Positions 1 to 8,425 of a stretch of 64,000 nt of DNA are shown piece by piece. A program made the position numbers and the translations under genes. The stretch is taken from assembly GCA_965230895.1 (NCBI GenBank), contig OZ246394.1:377316-441315 (forward strand). Direction: 5' to 3'. The DNA is from an uncultured Gammaproteobacteria bacterium (GTDB lineage: Bacteria; Patescibacteriota; Microgenomatia; Levybacterales; UBA12049). Below the pieces are notes generated by a model that had not been told where the DNA came from, did no database searches, and saw only the letters and a list, made by a program, of their open reading frames with translations. How positions within the stretch are numbered: position 1 is the first letter of the stretch; the number at the start of each line of letters is the position of its first letter.

Positions 1-135
1 ATGTATAAGTATGTCATGAAGAATGAAGACTATCTTAGAAACATCGGAGTTATTGGAACAGCAATTGAAGTTCCATCAGATGCTCTTTATTTTGAACGTC
101 TCATGGGTGTTACAGGTCGAGAACCGCATAAATAA
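1..135 (+). CDS. 3' end of a CDS truncated by the window start (last 44 codons); product unknown
   Basis: Frame +1 is open from position 1 to TAA at 133-135 (…NIGVIGTAIEVPSDALYFERLMGVTGREPHK*); no recognisable motif. Confidence 0.3.
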   Translation: MYKYVMKNEDYLRNIGVIGTAIEVPSDALYFERLMGVTGREPHK

Positions 136-141
136 AACTCC

Positions 142-171
142 TTGACAAATACTTGATGAGTCAAGTATACT
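142..171 (+). promoter_or_regulatory. Sigma70-like promoter (TTGACA-N18-TATACT) containing a perfect palindrome ACTTGAtgagTCAAGT (151-166); candidate autoregulatory operator of the downstream MarR gene
   Basis: TTGACA at 142-147, TATACT at 166-171, ATG at 180; the 6-bp inverted repeat ACTTGA/TCAAGT sits between -35 and -10. Confidence 0.5.
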
Positions 172-179
172 GCAAATAT

Positions 180-608
180 ATGAAAGATTTAAGTACATCC
201 CTAGCGTTTCTTTTGTCGATGGCAAAAGTACAGACTTTGCTGACTCGAAAATTTGATAGTAGTCTCGGTGGTATCAGTTATACAGAATTCATGATTCTTT
301 ATCAATTAAGTATTGCTCCAGATCAAAAGCTCAAGCGTATTGATCTAGCAAATAAAGTTGGTTTGACAGCTTCTGGTATTACTCGACTTCTTCTTCCAAT
401 GGAAAAGATAGGGTTGGTAGCAAAAGAAGTTAACGAACGAGACGCACGTGTAAGCTTTGTTCTTCTTGCTTCTGGTGGTAAAAAGAAGCTTGAAGAGGGC
501 CTGGAGCGAGCCGAACTTTTAGCTTCAGAACTTATCCCGGAATCAAAAGCAGAGAGTATTAAAGCGTTTAATCAATTACTTCAAGAAATGAAAGGCACAA
601 TTAACTAA
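180..608 (+). CDS. MarR-family transcriptional regulator (the ORF-track start at 153 is a TTG inside the promoter; ATG 180 preferred)
   Basis: Winged-helix MarR pattern …ISYTEFMILYQLSIAPDQKLKRIDLANKVGLTASGITRLLLPMEKIGLV…ERDARVSFVLLA; promoter and palindrome immediately upstream. Confidence 0.75.
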   Translation: MKDLSTSLAFLLSMAKVQTLLTRKFDSSLGGISYTEFMILYQLSIAPDQKLKRIDLANKVGLTASGITRLLLPMEKIGLVAKEVNERDARVSFVLLASGGKKKLEEGLERAELLASELIPESKAESIKAFNQLLQEMKGTIN

Positions 609-946
609 TCCTTATTGGGAGTATTTGCCAATTCAAGCATTTTTAATTCTTCACGAGCTTTCATGGTTTTTCCGTATTCAGCTGATATCTGATTGTTTCG
701 CTCAAGGATACTTGGTCCATCTAGTTGCAGATTTGGGTCGATGACTATTTCTTCGGTAGTTTTTTTTGTTTTATCAGCTTGAAAAAAAGCATACGTTGCA
801 GCTGCGACAAGTACTACTGAGAGTCCAAAGTAAAGAAAGTTTGCGCCATCATTTAATGTGTTGAGGAAAAGATAAAATAAGTAAATTCCACCACCTAAAG
901 CAATAACTCCACCCATTGATTTAAAGAATTTCTTTTTTCGCATCAC
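605..946 (-). CDS. Small membrane protein of unknown function (2 predicted TM helices)
   Basis: Hydrophobic segments GGVIALGGGIYLFYLFL and FGLSVVLVAAATYAFF; no known motif. Confidence 0.4.
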   Translation of the reverse strand: MMRKKKFFKSMGGVIALGGGIYLFYLFLNTLNDGANFLYFGLSVVLVAAATYAFFQADKTKKTTEEIVIDPNLQLDGPSILERNNQISAEYGKTMKAREELKMLELANTPNKD

Positions 947-990
947 GTTTAAGATTATAAAAAATGGGAGGAGATTGCAATGCCTTGACC

Positions 991-1818
991 TTACACTGTA
1001 GCTTTTGCGTCTTTATTCCGGATTTGATCTTTCAGTGCATTGAGGACATCATACTTTGCAACGATATCATCAAGAAGTTCTCGTTCTGTGGCTGCAAATA
1101 TATTATCGTTCTTTCTTTTTGCTCGTTCAATTTTTTCCATCCATCCATACCATTCAGAGTTTTTTAACGCCTTAAATTCCTGCTTTTGCATTTCTATATC
1201 ATTCATTATCGTCAGTAGTATTTCTTCAAGATTATCAATGGAGCTTTCCTCATATACTGCGTTTTCTTTATCAATCTTTTCCAATTGATCATAATCCCCT
1301 TCTTGATAGGCACGATTAATTTGTTTCATGATAGCATCGCGTTTCTTTTTCTCGTCTGGATCCTGCACAAGGTCAGGATGGAATCGTGCAATCAATTTTT
1401 TCCATAACTTTTTGAGATCGAATTTATTATCATCATTTTCGTGTTCTTCGCGTTTCTGCATAATTTGTTCATCTTCATTAATTCTTTTCTGTTCGCGCTC
1501 AAACTCTACTTGCTGTGCATAAAATGTTTGTGCTAGTTCTTCAGCTGCTTGATCAAATGTCATCCCTTCTTCCATGAGCTTAAGGATATTCTTGTATCGG
1601 ATGATTTCCAAATCTAAATGATTATCTTTGAGGAATAGACTGCCCACTTTAACCATATACTCTTGCTTTGCCATTTCAAGACTTATGCGCAGAGTTTCAG
1701 TCTTAATAACGAGCTGCTCTAGGACTGCCCGTCTCTTATTAATTGCTTCAAGTAACTTTTTTCTTTTTGCTGCCTCTTTCTTTTCTGAAGCGATAATTTC
1801 AATTGCAAGTTGCGTCAT
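991..1818 (-). CDS. J-domain (DnaJ-like) protein with an N-terminal coiled-coil and an acidic C-terminal region
   Basis: J-domain signature …LWKKLIARFHPDLVQDPDEKKKRDAIMKQINRAYQEGD (HPD motif); remainder Glu/Lys-rich and heptad-like. Confidence 0.6.
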   Translation of the reverse strand: MTQLAIEIIASEKKEAAKRKKLLEAINKRRAVLEQLVIKTETLRISLEMAKQEYMVKVGSLFLKDNHLDLEIIRYKNILKLMEEGMTFDQAAEELAQTFYAQQVEFEREQKRINEDEQIMQKREEHENDDNKFDLKKLWKKLIARFHPDLVQDPDEKKKRDAIMKQINRAYQEGDYDQLEKIDKENAVYEESSIDNLEEILLTIMNDIEMQKQEFKALKNSEWYGWMEKIERAKRKNDNIFAATERELLDDIVAKYDVLNALKDQIRNKDAKATV

Positions 1819-1865
1819 AGCGAATATGTATCATACCATACCCTGATGAGAAACATGTAAAAGGG

Positions 1866-2600
1866 CTATTGTGAAGAATATTTCAACAATTCAGAAACAG
1901 TCACGAAGGTATATCCTTTCTTTTTTAATGCAATAATGATTGGCCGAATAGCTTCTCTATCGTTTACACAAGATGCGCAAAAGGTATGAAGTAAAATTAT
2001 AGATCCTGGCCTCGTATTTTCGACAGTATAGTCTACAATAAATTTTGTTTTTTGCTCAGATGATAAATTTTGATCAATATATGTATCGGGTTCAACATCC
2101 CAAGTGACAGTTTTGATATTATGCTTAGTAAGATAATAAGGAAGTCCAAACAACTTTTTCCCATTTGGTGGACGAAAGGTTATTTCGCCTTGATACCCGG
2201 TTTCTCTAATGAGTCTATTTGTTTTTTGTATCTCTTCATCAATAAATCCTTGCGACTTTAAGTAGAATCGATCATGAGAAAATGAATGATTTCCAAGTTC
2301 CATCCCTGCATCTGCAATAGCTTTTGCTTCTTTTGGATGCTTCTCTGTTTCGGACCCAATCATGTAAAAAGTAGCTTTTACATCTTGCTGTTTTACTATC
2401 TTAAGGACTTCATTACTGTAATCGGTTGGTGCATCATCAAATGTGAGGGCAACGACTTTCTTGTCTGTCTCCACTCGTGAGGTAATTCCTCCAAAGAATT
2501 GAAACGTACGAGATTTACTTATCTCAAACAACGCATAAGCTGAGGTCAACAAAAGAAGAATACTTAGGCCAATTACGATTGCGTATTTTCTCCATCTCAT
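1866..2600 (-). CDS. Polysaccharide deacetylase (NodB-homology, CE4) with an N-terminal membrane anchor
   Basis: N-terminal TM (IVIGLSILLLLTSAYALF); NodB motifs VALTFDDAP…, …GNHSFSHDRF, …ILLH. Confidence 0.8.
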   Translation of the reverse strand: MRWRKYAIVIGLSILLLLTSAYALFEISKSRTFQFFGGITSRVETDKKVVALTFDDAPTDYSNEVLKIVKQQDVKATFYMIGSETEKHPKEAKAIADAGMELGNHSFSHDRFYLKSQGFIDEEIQKTNRLIRETGYQGEITFRPPNGKKLFGLPYYLTKHNIKTVTWDVEPDTYIDQNLSSEQKTKFIVDYTVENTRPGSIILLHTFCASCVNDREAIRPIIIALKKKGYTFVTVSELLKYSSQ

Positions 2601-3108
2601 ACCATTATTATAGTAGATGAATCATACTATTGACATACTATCGCTAGTCTGTGATGCTTAAAGTATGGAAAACGAAACGAATCAGCAGATGCAACCTCAA
2701 CAATCCACTGAAGAAAAGAAGGAAAGAGTTGATGAGCTCGATATCGTAGGTGGAGCTTTAGTAAAACTTGTTATGCAAGGATTTACTAAAATGAAGAACT
2801 TATTTTCTCCAAAATCTGCACAATAGCCTCGAATTGTAATAATTTTCACAATTTATACAATCATGATTTTGATTGATTTAGCAATCCAAACAAAGTTTTC
2901 AGCCTTGTATATTTTCTTGACATGGGTGTGAAAACATATGCTAATATATATTTATATTCAGTTTTTCATGCCTGAATGATTGAATATTTACCCTAAGAGC
3001 ATTGCTTGTCGTACCTGAACTTATCATTTTGAGTAACGAAAGTGATGCTCTTTTTTTTATGAAAATATCCATCTACAAATGCTTCAGTCTTTGCTATAAT
3101 TTTAATAC

Positions 3109-3771
3109 ATGAACAAAGCCTTTATTTTCGATATGGATGGTGTACTTGTTGCAAGTGAACATCTATGGCATCAATATCTTGAAGAAGTCTGGCCAAATTT
3201 GGTTGGTGAAGACGTCGCAAAGGTATTTCGTGTCCCCGTCGGTCAAACACCCCTTAGTATCCATGCTGAAGCAGTTAAACACGGATCTCAAGTCTCACAA
3301 GATGTATTTTTAAAAAAGTTCGATGAGATAGCCCAAAGAGTCTACAAAGAATCACTTTATACACACGGTGTAGAAGAGCTCGGCGAATATCTTCTTAAGA
3401 AGAATTATAAAATGGGTGTTGTTTCATCTTCTCCAAAGGCATGGATGGATATTGTATTGAAAGGACTTTCATTTGGAGACAAAATTGAAGCAGTAATTTC
3501 TATAAACGATAATTCAGAGCTTAAGCCAAAACCTCATCCGGGAAGTTATATTGAAGCGATTGATAAACTACAAGCTGCATCTGAAACGACAATTGTTCTT
3601 GAGGATTCAAACTCAGGTATTCAAGCTGCAAAAGCAGCAGGAGTTTATACAATTGGATTAACAACAAACCTGCTTCCTGAATATACACAGCATGGTGCAG
3701 ATATTTATGCGAATTCTACAGAAGATATTATGAGAATCGTTGAAGAATTTGATAGAAATATAACCGCTTAA
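3109..3771 (+). CDS. HAD-superfamily hydrolase (beta-phosphoglucomutase/phosphatase-like)
   Basis: HAD motif I FIFDMDGVLV at the N-terminus, motif II VVSSS, motif IV …EDSNSGIQAAKAAG. Confidence 0.75.
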   Translation: MNKAFIFDMDGVLVASEHLWHQYLEEVWPNLVGEDVAKVFRVPVGQTPLSIHAEAVKHGSQVSQDVFLKKFDEIAQRVYKESLYTHGVEELGEYLLKKNYKMGVVSSSPKAWMDIVLKGLSFGDKIEAVISINDNSELKPKPHPGSYIEAIDKLQAASETTIVLEDSNSGIQAAKAAGVYTIGLTTNLLPEYTQHGADIYANSTEDIMRIVEEFDRNITA

Positions 3772-4544
3772 TCGTTTAATTTCAAAGCTTCTGAAAGTTT
3801 ATACTCCCCTACCTGCGTTCTTAGAATATCCAAAGCAATAGCACCAGTTCCCAATTGTTCACCTAATTCATGTGCTAAACCTCGAATATACGTTCCACTT
3901 GAGCATGCAATTCGAAATTTTATTACTTGGAAACTCTCCTTGTCTGTCTGTCTTAAAAATTTCGTCCACGATTTGCGTATATCTTCTTGCCTGAAGTCTC
4001 CATTTACTAAGCTAATTTGCTTCAGAACTCTCTTCTCTAAGTCCTCCTTGGTTATCGTTGTATTTTTTACTATTTGGAAGTCAGTTATTGCAATGCTTCG
4101 CTCCGGGATTTGTATTTCTGATAACCTTCCTTCCTTCGCCCATTGAAATAAGGGCTTTCCATTGACGGTTTTTGATGAAAAAGGCGGATATTGTTGTTTC
4201 GTTTTATTCAGAGCTTCCATTACAAAAGAGTTTACAATAATGTTTACGTATTTAATATCTAAGTGAATTTGCTTTAGCTTCACAAGACCAAGCATGTCAT
4301 AGGTGTCAGTAGATACGCCAAGAAGCACTTCAAATTCATACACCTTTGACAAACCAATATATGTATTTTTATCCGCAATTGCTTCATCTACAACAAGAAG
4401 TAACACTCCATGAGCAAGCGGATCTAATCTGCCTGCATAGGTTATAGGAAGATTTTTATACTTATTGTTTTGCTTTTTAAGGAGCTTAATCGTTTCAAGA
4501 GGTGTAGCTCCAAGAGGTTTATAAATGTTTACGACTGTATGCAT
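3768..4544 (-). CDS. truB: tRNA pseudouridine(55) synthase TruB (start moved to ATG 4544, MHTVVNIYKP…; the ORF-track 5' extension to 4625 would overlap the upstream gene)
   Basis: TruB catalytic motif …ITYAGRLDPLAHGVLLLVVDEA (catalytic Asp); typical length once trimmed. Confidence 0.8.
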   Translation of the reverse strand: MHTVVNIYKPLGATPLETIKLLKKQNNKYKNLPITYAGRLDPLAHGVLLLVVDEAIADKNTYIGLSKVYEFEVLLGVSTDTYDMLGLVKLKQIHLDIKYVNIIVNSFVMEALNKTKQQYPPFSSKTVNGKPLFQWAKEGRLSEIQIPERSIAITDFQIVKNTTITKEDLEKRVLKQISLVNGDFRQEDIRKSWTKFLRQTDKESFQVIKFRIACSSGTYIRGLAHELGEQLGTGAIALDILRTQVGEYKLSEALKLND

Positions 4545-4545
4545 G

Positions 4546-5130
4546 TTAGTTATCCTCGATATAATACCGGATTTCGCCTTTTGATGGTTCAAGGAGGTTG
4601 TAGAGATATGTAATATCTTCATCACTGTGGCGTATACATCCAGAGCTACCAGGATCTTGATCTGTTAGTCTTTCAGGTACTCCTGCAACTCCATGTAATC
4701 CGAAATCACCTGGTCGTACCCAATCGCATTGGCCATTACACTCAAGATATGGTGATGGTCCATAGGGAGGAACGCTAGGAGCGGGTACATCAAGTGTTAT
4801 AAAATACGGTGCTGTTTCTGGATTGTTTGGCTCAGGCTGCTTTTTTGTGATAATCCAATATTCTCTGTTAAGCAATTGTGGCAGTGGTGTCGGGCGTTCA
4901 CCTGGCCTTCCCGTTTTTACCACAAACGTTTTCTTCATTTCACTTTGCTCTTTATTTCCAGGTACTCCTAAATACAATACTTCTCTTTGTGATTGGCGAT
5001 GCAGTACAAACCAATATGCTTTAGGTTGAGGTTGTTCTTGTTTGGCGAAGAATGTGGGGATGTGGGCAAGAAAAAGAAATATACTTACCACAATAAAAAG
5101 GAGGACAACGATTGAAAAGATGCGTTTCAT
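4546..5130 (-). CDS. L,D-transpeptidase (YkuD-fold) with an N-terminal membrane anchor
   Basis: TM RIFSIVVLLFIVVSIFLFLA; catalytic stretch …GDFGLHGVAGVPERLTDQDPGSSGCIRHSDEDITYLYNL (His…Ser-x-Gly-Cys-[IV]-Arg). Confidence 0.7.
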   Translation of the reverse strand: MKRIFSIVVLLFIVVSIFLFLAHIPTFFAKQEQPQPKAYWFVLHRQSQREVLYLGVPGNKEQSEMKKTFVVKTGRPGERPTPLPQLLNREYWIITKKQPEPNNPETAPYFITLDVPAPSVPPYGPSPYLECNGQCDWVRPGDFGLHGVAGVPERLTDQDPGSSGCIRHSDEDITYLYNLLEPSKGEIRYYIEDN

Positions 5131-5134
5131 GCGA

Positions 5135-6232
5135 CTACAGTGTTTCTAATGCCTTTTTTGCAGGTTCAAAGTTAGAATTATAGTAGACTGCCTGCTCAAA
5201 TTCACTTCGTGCAGCCTCTTTATTTCCTTCATTCAAATAGATCTCTCCCCGCAATTGATAGAGTTCGGAATATGCTTTATTACCATTATTTAAAATGCCT
5301 TCAGCAATTGTCAAAATTCTATCGTATTTTCCTTCTTGCATGTACGCATATAGTGGCTCATATACATACCAAAGGATTCTATCAGGCAATTGATCTTTAA
5401 TTTTGTCGTAAGACTCTACAGAATTTTTCGAATCACCTAGGTGATAGTACGCAGTAGATTTATTAAATTCGGCGTAAAAGTCATTTGAATCTTTTTCTAA
5501 ATCTTCGTTTGCACGTTTGAGAGCATTTTGATACGCTACTTTCTCATCCATATTTTCTCCAAGAATTGCACTGACTGTTGCTTCTTTTTCTTTTGGATAG
5601 ACAAGGATATAACTATAGTTAAATGGCTTCCACATTTCTTCGACCTGCTGGTATGAATATGTTAAACCCTGACCTTGATACGAATCATCTTGAGTAAAAG
5701 TTTGTGCTGCATCATCATATCCTTTAATAATTCGATAATGGCCGACATCCTCTCCTGGATTTAACCATGTACGAACCACGACCGGAATATCATTTGCAAT
5801 CAATTTCTTCAATGTTTCAATATCACCATTTGGTCGATAGATTGATTCAAAGCCATATGATTTTGCTGTTGTGACGAATTCTGTCGGGAAGACTGATTTA
5901 TCATCATCTCCACCATAAGGAAAATTGTATGGGCGCATTTTACTCGCTAATTCTTCTTGGGAGATATCGAGATTATATGAAGCAAAAACCATCGACATTG
6001 CCGCTGGACCGCAGTTGTTATATGATTGCGATACAAATTTTGTTGCAGGAAGATAATAGGACTCAGGAGGCTGAACAATATCAACTGGTTCAACGTCAAT
6101 CTGATCCTCATGCATAACTTGCTGAAGTGTTGTCAAAAGCACAGGCTTCGATTGTTGCTCGTGAGGTGTTGGCAGAACTCCTACTTGCATTGAAACAAGC
6201 GCGGAAAACATAAGTACAGGTACGATATTCAT
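5135..6232 (-). CDS. Secreted peptidase-C39-like (papain-fold) domain protein with C-terminal TPR repeats
   Basis: Signal peptide; …SQSYNNCGPAAMSMVFASYNL (C39-like catalytic Cys context); C-terminal TPR-like repeats (…AYYHLGDSKNSVESYDK…, …YQLRGEIYLNEGNKEAARSEFEQAVYYN). Confidence 0.55.
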   Translation of the reverse strand: MNIVPVLMFSALVSMQVGVLPTPHEQQSKPVLLTTLQQVMHEDQIDVEPVDIVQPPESYYLPATKFVSQSYNNCGPAAMSMVFASYNLDISQEELASKMRPYNFPYGGDDDKSVFPTEFVTTAKSYGFESIYRPNGDIETLKKLIANDIPVVVRTWLNPGEDVGHYRIIKGYDDAAQTFTQDDSYQGQGLTYSYQQVEEMWKPFNYSYILVYPKEKEATVSAILGENMDEKVAYQNALKRANEDLEKDSNDFYAEFNKSTAYYHLGDSKNSVESYDKIKDQLPDRILWYVYEPLYAYMQEGKYDRILTIAEGILNNGNKAYSELYQLRGEIYLNEGNKEAARSEFEQAVYYNSNFEPAKKALETL

Positions 6233-6273
6233 AGAGGCTCTATTGTAATACAGAAATGAAAAAAATACAAAAA

Positions 6274-7407
6274 CTATTTTTGCTTTAAAGGAAGTTCAAG
6301 AATAAAGCTTGCACCATTATTCAGTTTACTTTCTACAGTGATTCGACCGTTGTGTGCTTGAGCAATTTGATTTGTGATATACAAACCTACACCCAAACCT
6401 TGATAATCCTTCGACGAAACAGCTCGTTCAAATCTTTCAAATATCCTTTTCTGCTGATCATTTGATATACCAATTCCATGATCTTGTACGATTAATTTTG
6501 CTTTGTCGTGTGAATGAGTAACTTTTACAATGATTGGTTTATTGCCACCATATTTAATTGCATTTGAGATAAGGTTCGTTATAGCTTGTGTAATACGGAC
6601 TTTATCCCAAAGACCAATTACCGGTTTCTCAGCTAAGACTTCAATTGTATTATTTTCTTTACGTAACTTCTCGGAGAAATTCTCTGCAACATCTTTAGCT
6701 GTGGCACTCAAATCCATTTCCTCTGGTTCAAGATCCATTTTGCCAGTTGTTATTAATGATAAATTCAAAAGATCATTGACCATTTTTGATAAACGCTGGC
6801 TTTGTTGTTCAGTTCCCTCTAGCATCTTTAATAGATTGGCAACTGAGAAATTTGCGAGGGAAACATTACGGATATTGTGAATTGCTGATTGTACCTGTAA
6901 AAGCATCGAAGTAACTGGAGTTTTTAGTTCATGAGATGCAATTGCGAGGAATTGGTCACGTGCTTTAATTTCTTTTTGCGCAGTTTCATAATTCTTTTCT
7001 AGAGTTTCAATAAGATGCGTGTTTTGTCGAATTTTCTTTTGGTATTCAGTGATAACTTCCTGATTCTTTGCTTTATCTATAAGAGCACTTCCTATAATCC
7101 CAGCAATAAAAAGGAGCGTTAATTCAATCAATAAATCTATATCTGGGATAACGAGTGGACGAGCTAAAGGTAGAAAAATTATAACCACAATACTTGTAAT
7201 ACTGATAAGTGTTGTTATGATTCCTGCTGTAAAACCAGCAAACCAGGTAACAAAGAGAATCGTTGGAATGAATAAGAGCAAAGGAGAAATATTTGGGAAA
7301 AAGGTCAGGAGTAAAACAACAATCATTATTGTCGCTAAATTTATTCCAAGATAACTCAAGGTTATAATGAAAGCCGATGGAGGCGAAGTCTTAAGAAATC
7401 CTCTCAT
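6274..7407 (-). CDS. Sensor histidine kinase (4 N-terminal TM helices; HisKA + HATPase_c); no response-regulator gene adjacent
   Basis: H-box …LAIASHELKTPVTSM; N-box …LISNAIKYGG; G-boxes VQDHGIGIS and GLGVGLYI. Confidence 0.85.
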   Translation of the reverse strand: MRGFLKTSPPSAFIITLSYLGINLATIMIVVLLLTFFPNISPLLLFIPTILFVTWFAGFTAGIITTLISITSIVVIIFLPLARPLVIPDIDLLIELTLLFIAGIIGSALIDKAKNQEVITEYQKKIRQNTHLIETLEKNYETAQKEIKARDQFLAIASHELKTPVTSMLLQVQSAIHNIRNVSLANFSVANLLKMLEGTEQQSQRLSKMVNDLLNLSLITTGKMDLEPEEMDLSATAKDVAENFSEKLRKENNTIEVLAEKPVIGLWDKVRITQAITNLISNAIKYGGNKPIIVKVTHSHDKAKLIVQDHGIGISNDQQKRIFERFERAVSSKDYQGLGVGLYITNQIAQAHNGRITVESKLNNGASFILELPLKQK

Positions 7408-7430
7408 AAGTCGGGTTAATTATAAATGAT

Positions 7431-8333
7431 TCAGGCATTAAATGAAACCGCTTTGCCTCTTCTTTTGAGTTTTTTGAAAAAAGAAAAGAACTTACCTCGT
7501 CGAGTCTGATGATATTGCCATTCTTTAATTGCCTTTTTTATCTGCGGTATTGCTTCTTCTGTAACCCGTTCTCCTTCTTCAATTATCTTTTTGGTTTTCG
7601 CACTATCGAAAAAGAAGCTCCAACCGATAAAACCAGTTTTATATAAATCTCTTGGCGATATGATAACATCAGCATTCTTTACTGAATGTCTTGCAAGATT
7701 ATGTCTAAGAATATTGATCGAATGCACAGGTACTTTAGACAGTGCAGGCATTTCTTCAAGAAGCTTCTCGAGATAAAATGTATCAAGATTTATTGCAATA
7801 GTAACATCTGCACCCATTGAAGTTATCACGTCCACAGGTACAGGATTAGAAAGACCGCCATCGGCAAGAATTCTTCCTTTATAAAGGAGCGGTTGATAAA
7901 ATGCGGGCACGGAAGCACTTGCACGAACAGCTTTTACGAGGTTTCCTTCTCTTAAAATTAATGACTCAGCAGTGTTTATATCCGTAGCTACCGCCGCGAA
8001 TGGTATTTTTAATGTGTCGAATTTTGCGTCTTCAAGTATTTCAGCAAGAAATTTTTCAGTCTTAATCCCCTTAAACAAACCTCCTTTAACGGTAAAGTCA
8101 ATTAATGTAAATCCACTTCGTTTACTAAAATTGAGAATAGTATCTTCAAGTTTTTTGACATCACCATGTGAAGCATATAGAGAACCGATTATCGCGCCAA
8201 TGCTTGTGCCTGCAATGTAATCAATCGGTATAGTATGTTTATTGAGTACTTTCAATACGCCAATATGTGCAATTCCTTTTGCACCTCCGCTGCCTAAAGC
8301 AATGCCAATTTTAGGGAACTTATTTCCTGACAT
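7431..8333 (-). CDS. Patatin-like phospholipase
   Basis: Oxyanion/Gly-rich GIALGSGGAKGIAHIGVL; nucleophile elbow GTSIG; catalytic DGG (…RILADGGLSN). Confidence 0.8.
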   Translation of the reverse strand: MSGNKFPKIGIALGSGGAKGIAHIGVLKVLNKHTIPIDYIAGTSIGAIIGSLYASHGDVKKLEDTILNFSKRSGFTLIDFTVKGGLFKGIKTEKFLAEILEDAKFDTLKIPFAAVATDINTAESLILREGNLVKAVRASASVPAFYQPLLYKGRILADGGLSNPVPVDVITSMGADVTIAINLDTFYLEKLLEEMPALSKVPVHSINILRHNLARHSVKNADVIISPRDLYKTGFIGWSFFFDSAKTKKIIEEGERVTEEAIPQIKKAIKEWQYHQTRRGKFFSFFKKLKRRGKAVSFNA

Positions 8334-8425
8334 ATACTTATTATACTCTTAAAAAATATGTTTGTGCTTTGTATAAAGAAAAAGTCAAGTTTGACTATAG
8401 GATTATTAATAGGTATAATGAATCT

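Noticed and set aside
2627-2640. Shared GTATGTCAA / TTGACATAC motif upstream of three deacetylase-family genes as a specific regulator site
   Set aside because: It reduces to the generic sigma70 -35 hexamer TTGACA with AT-rich flanks, occurring in different orientations relative to the genes. This is not convincing as a dedicated operator.
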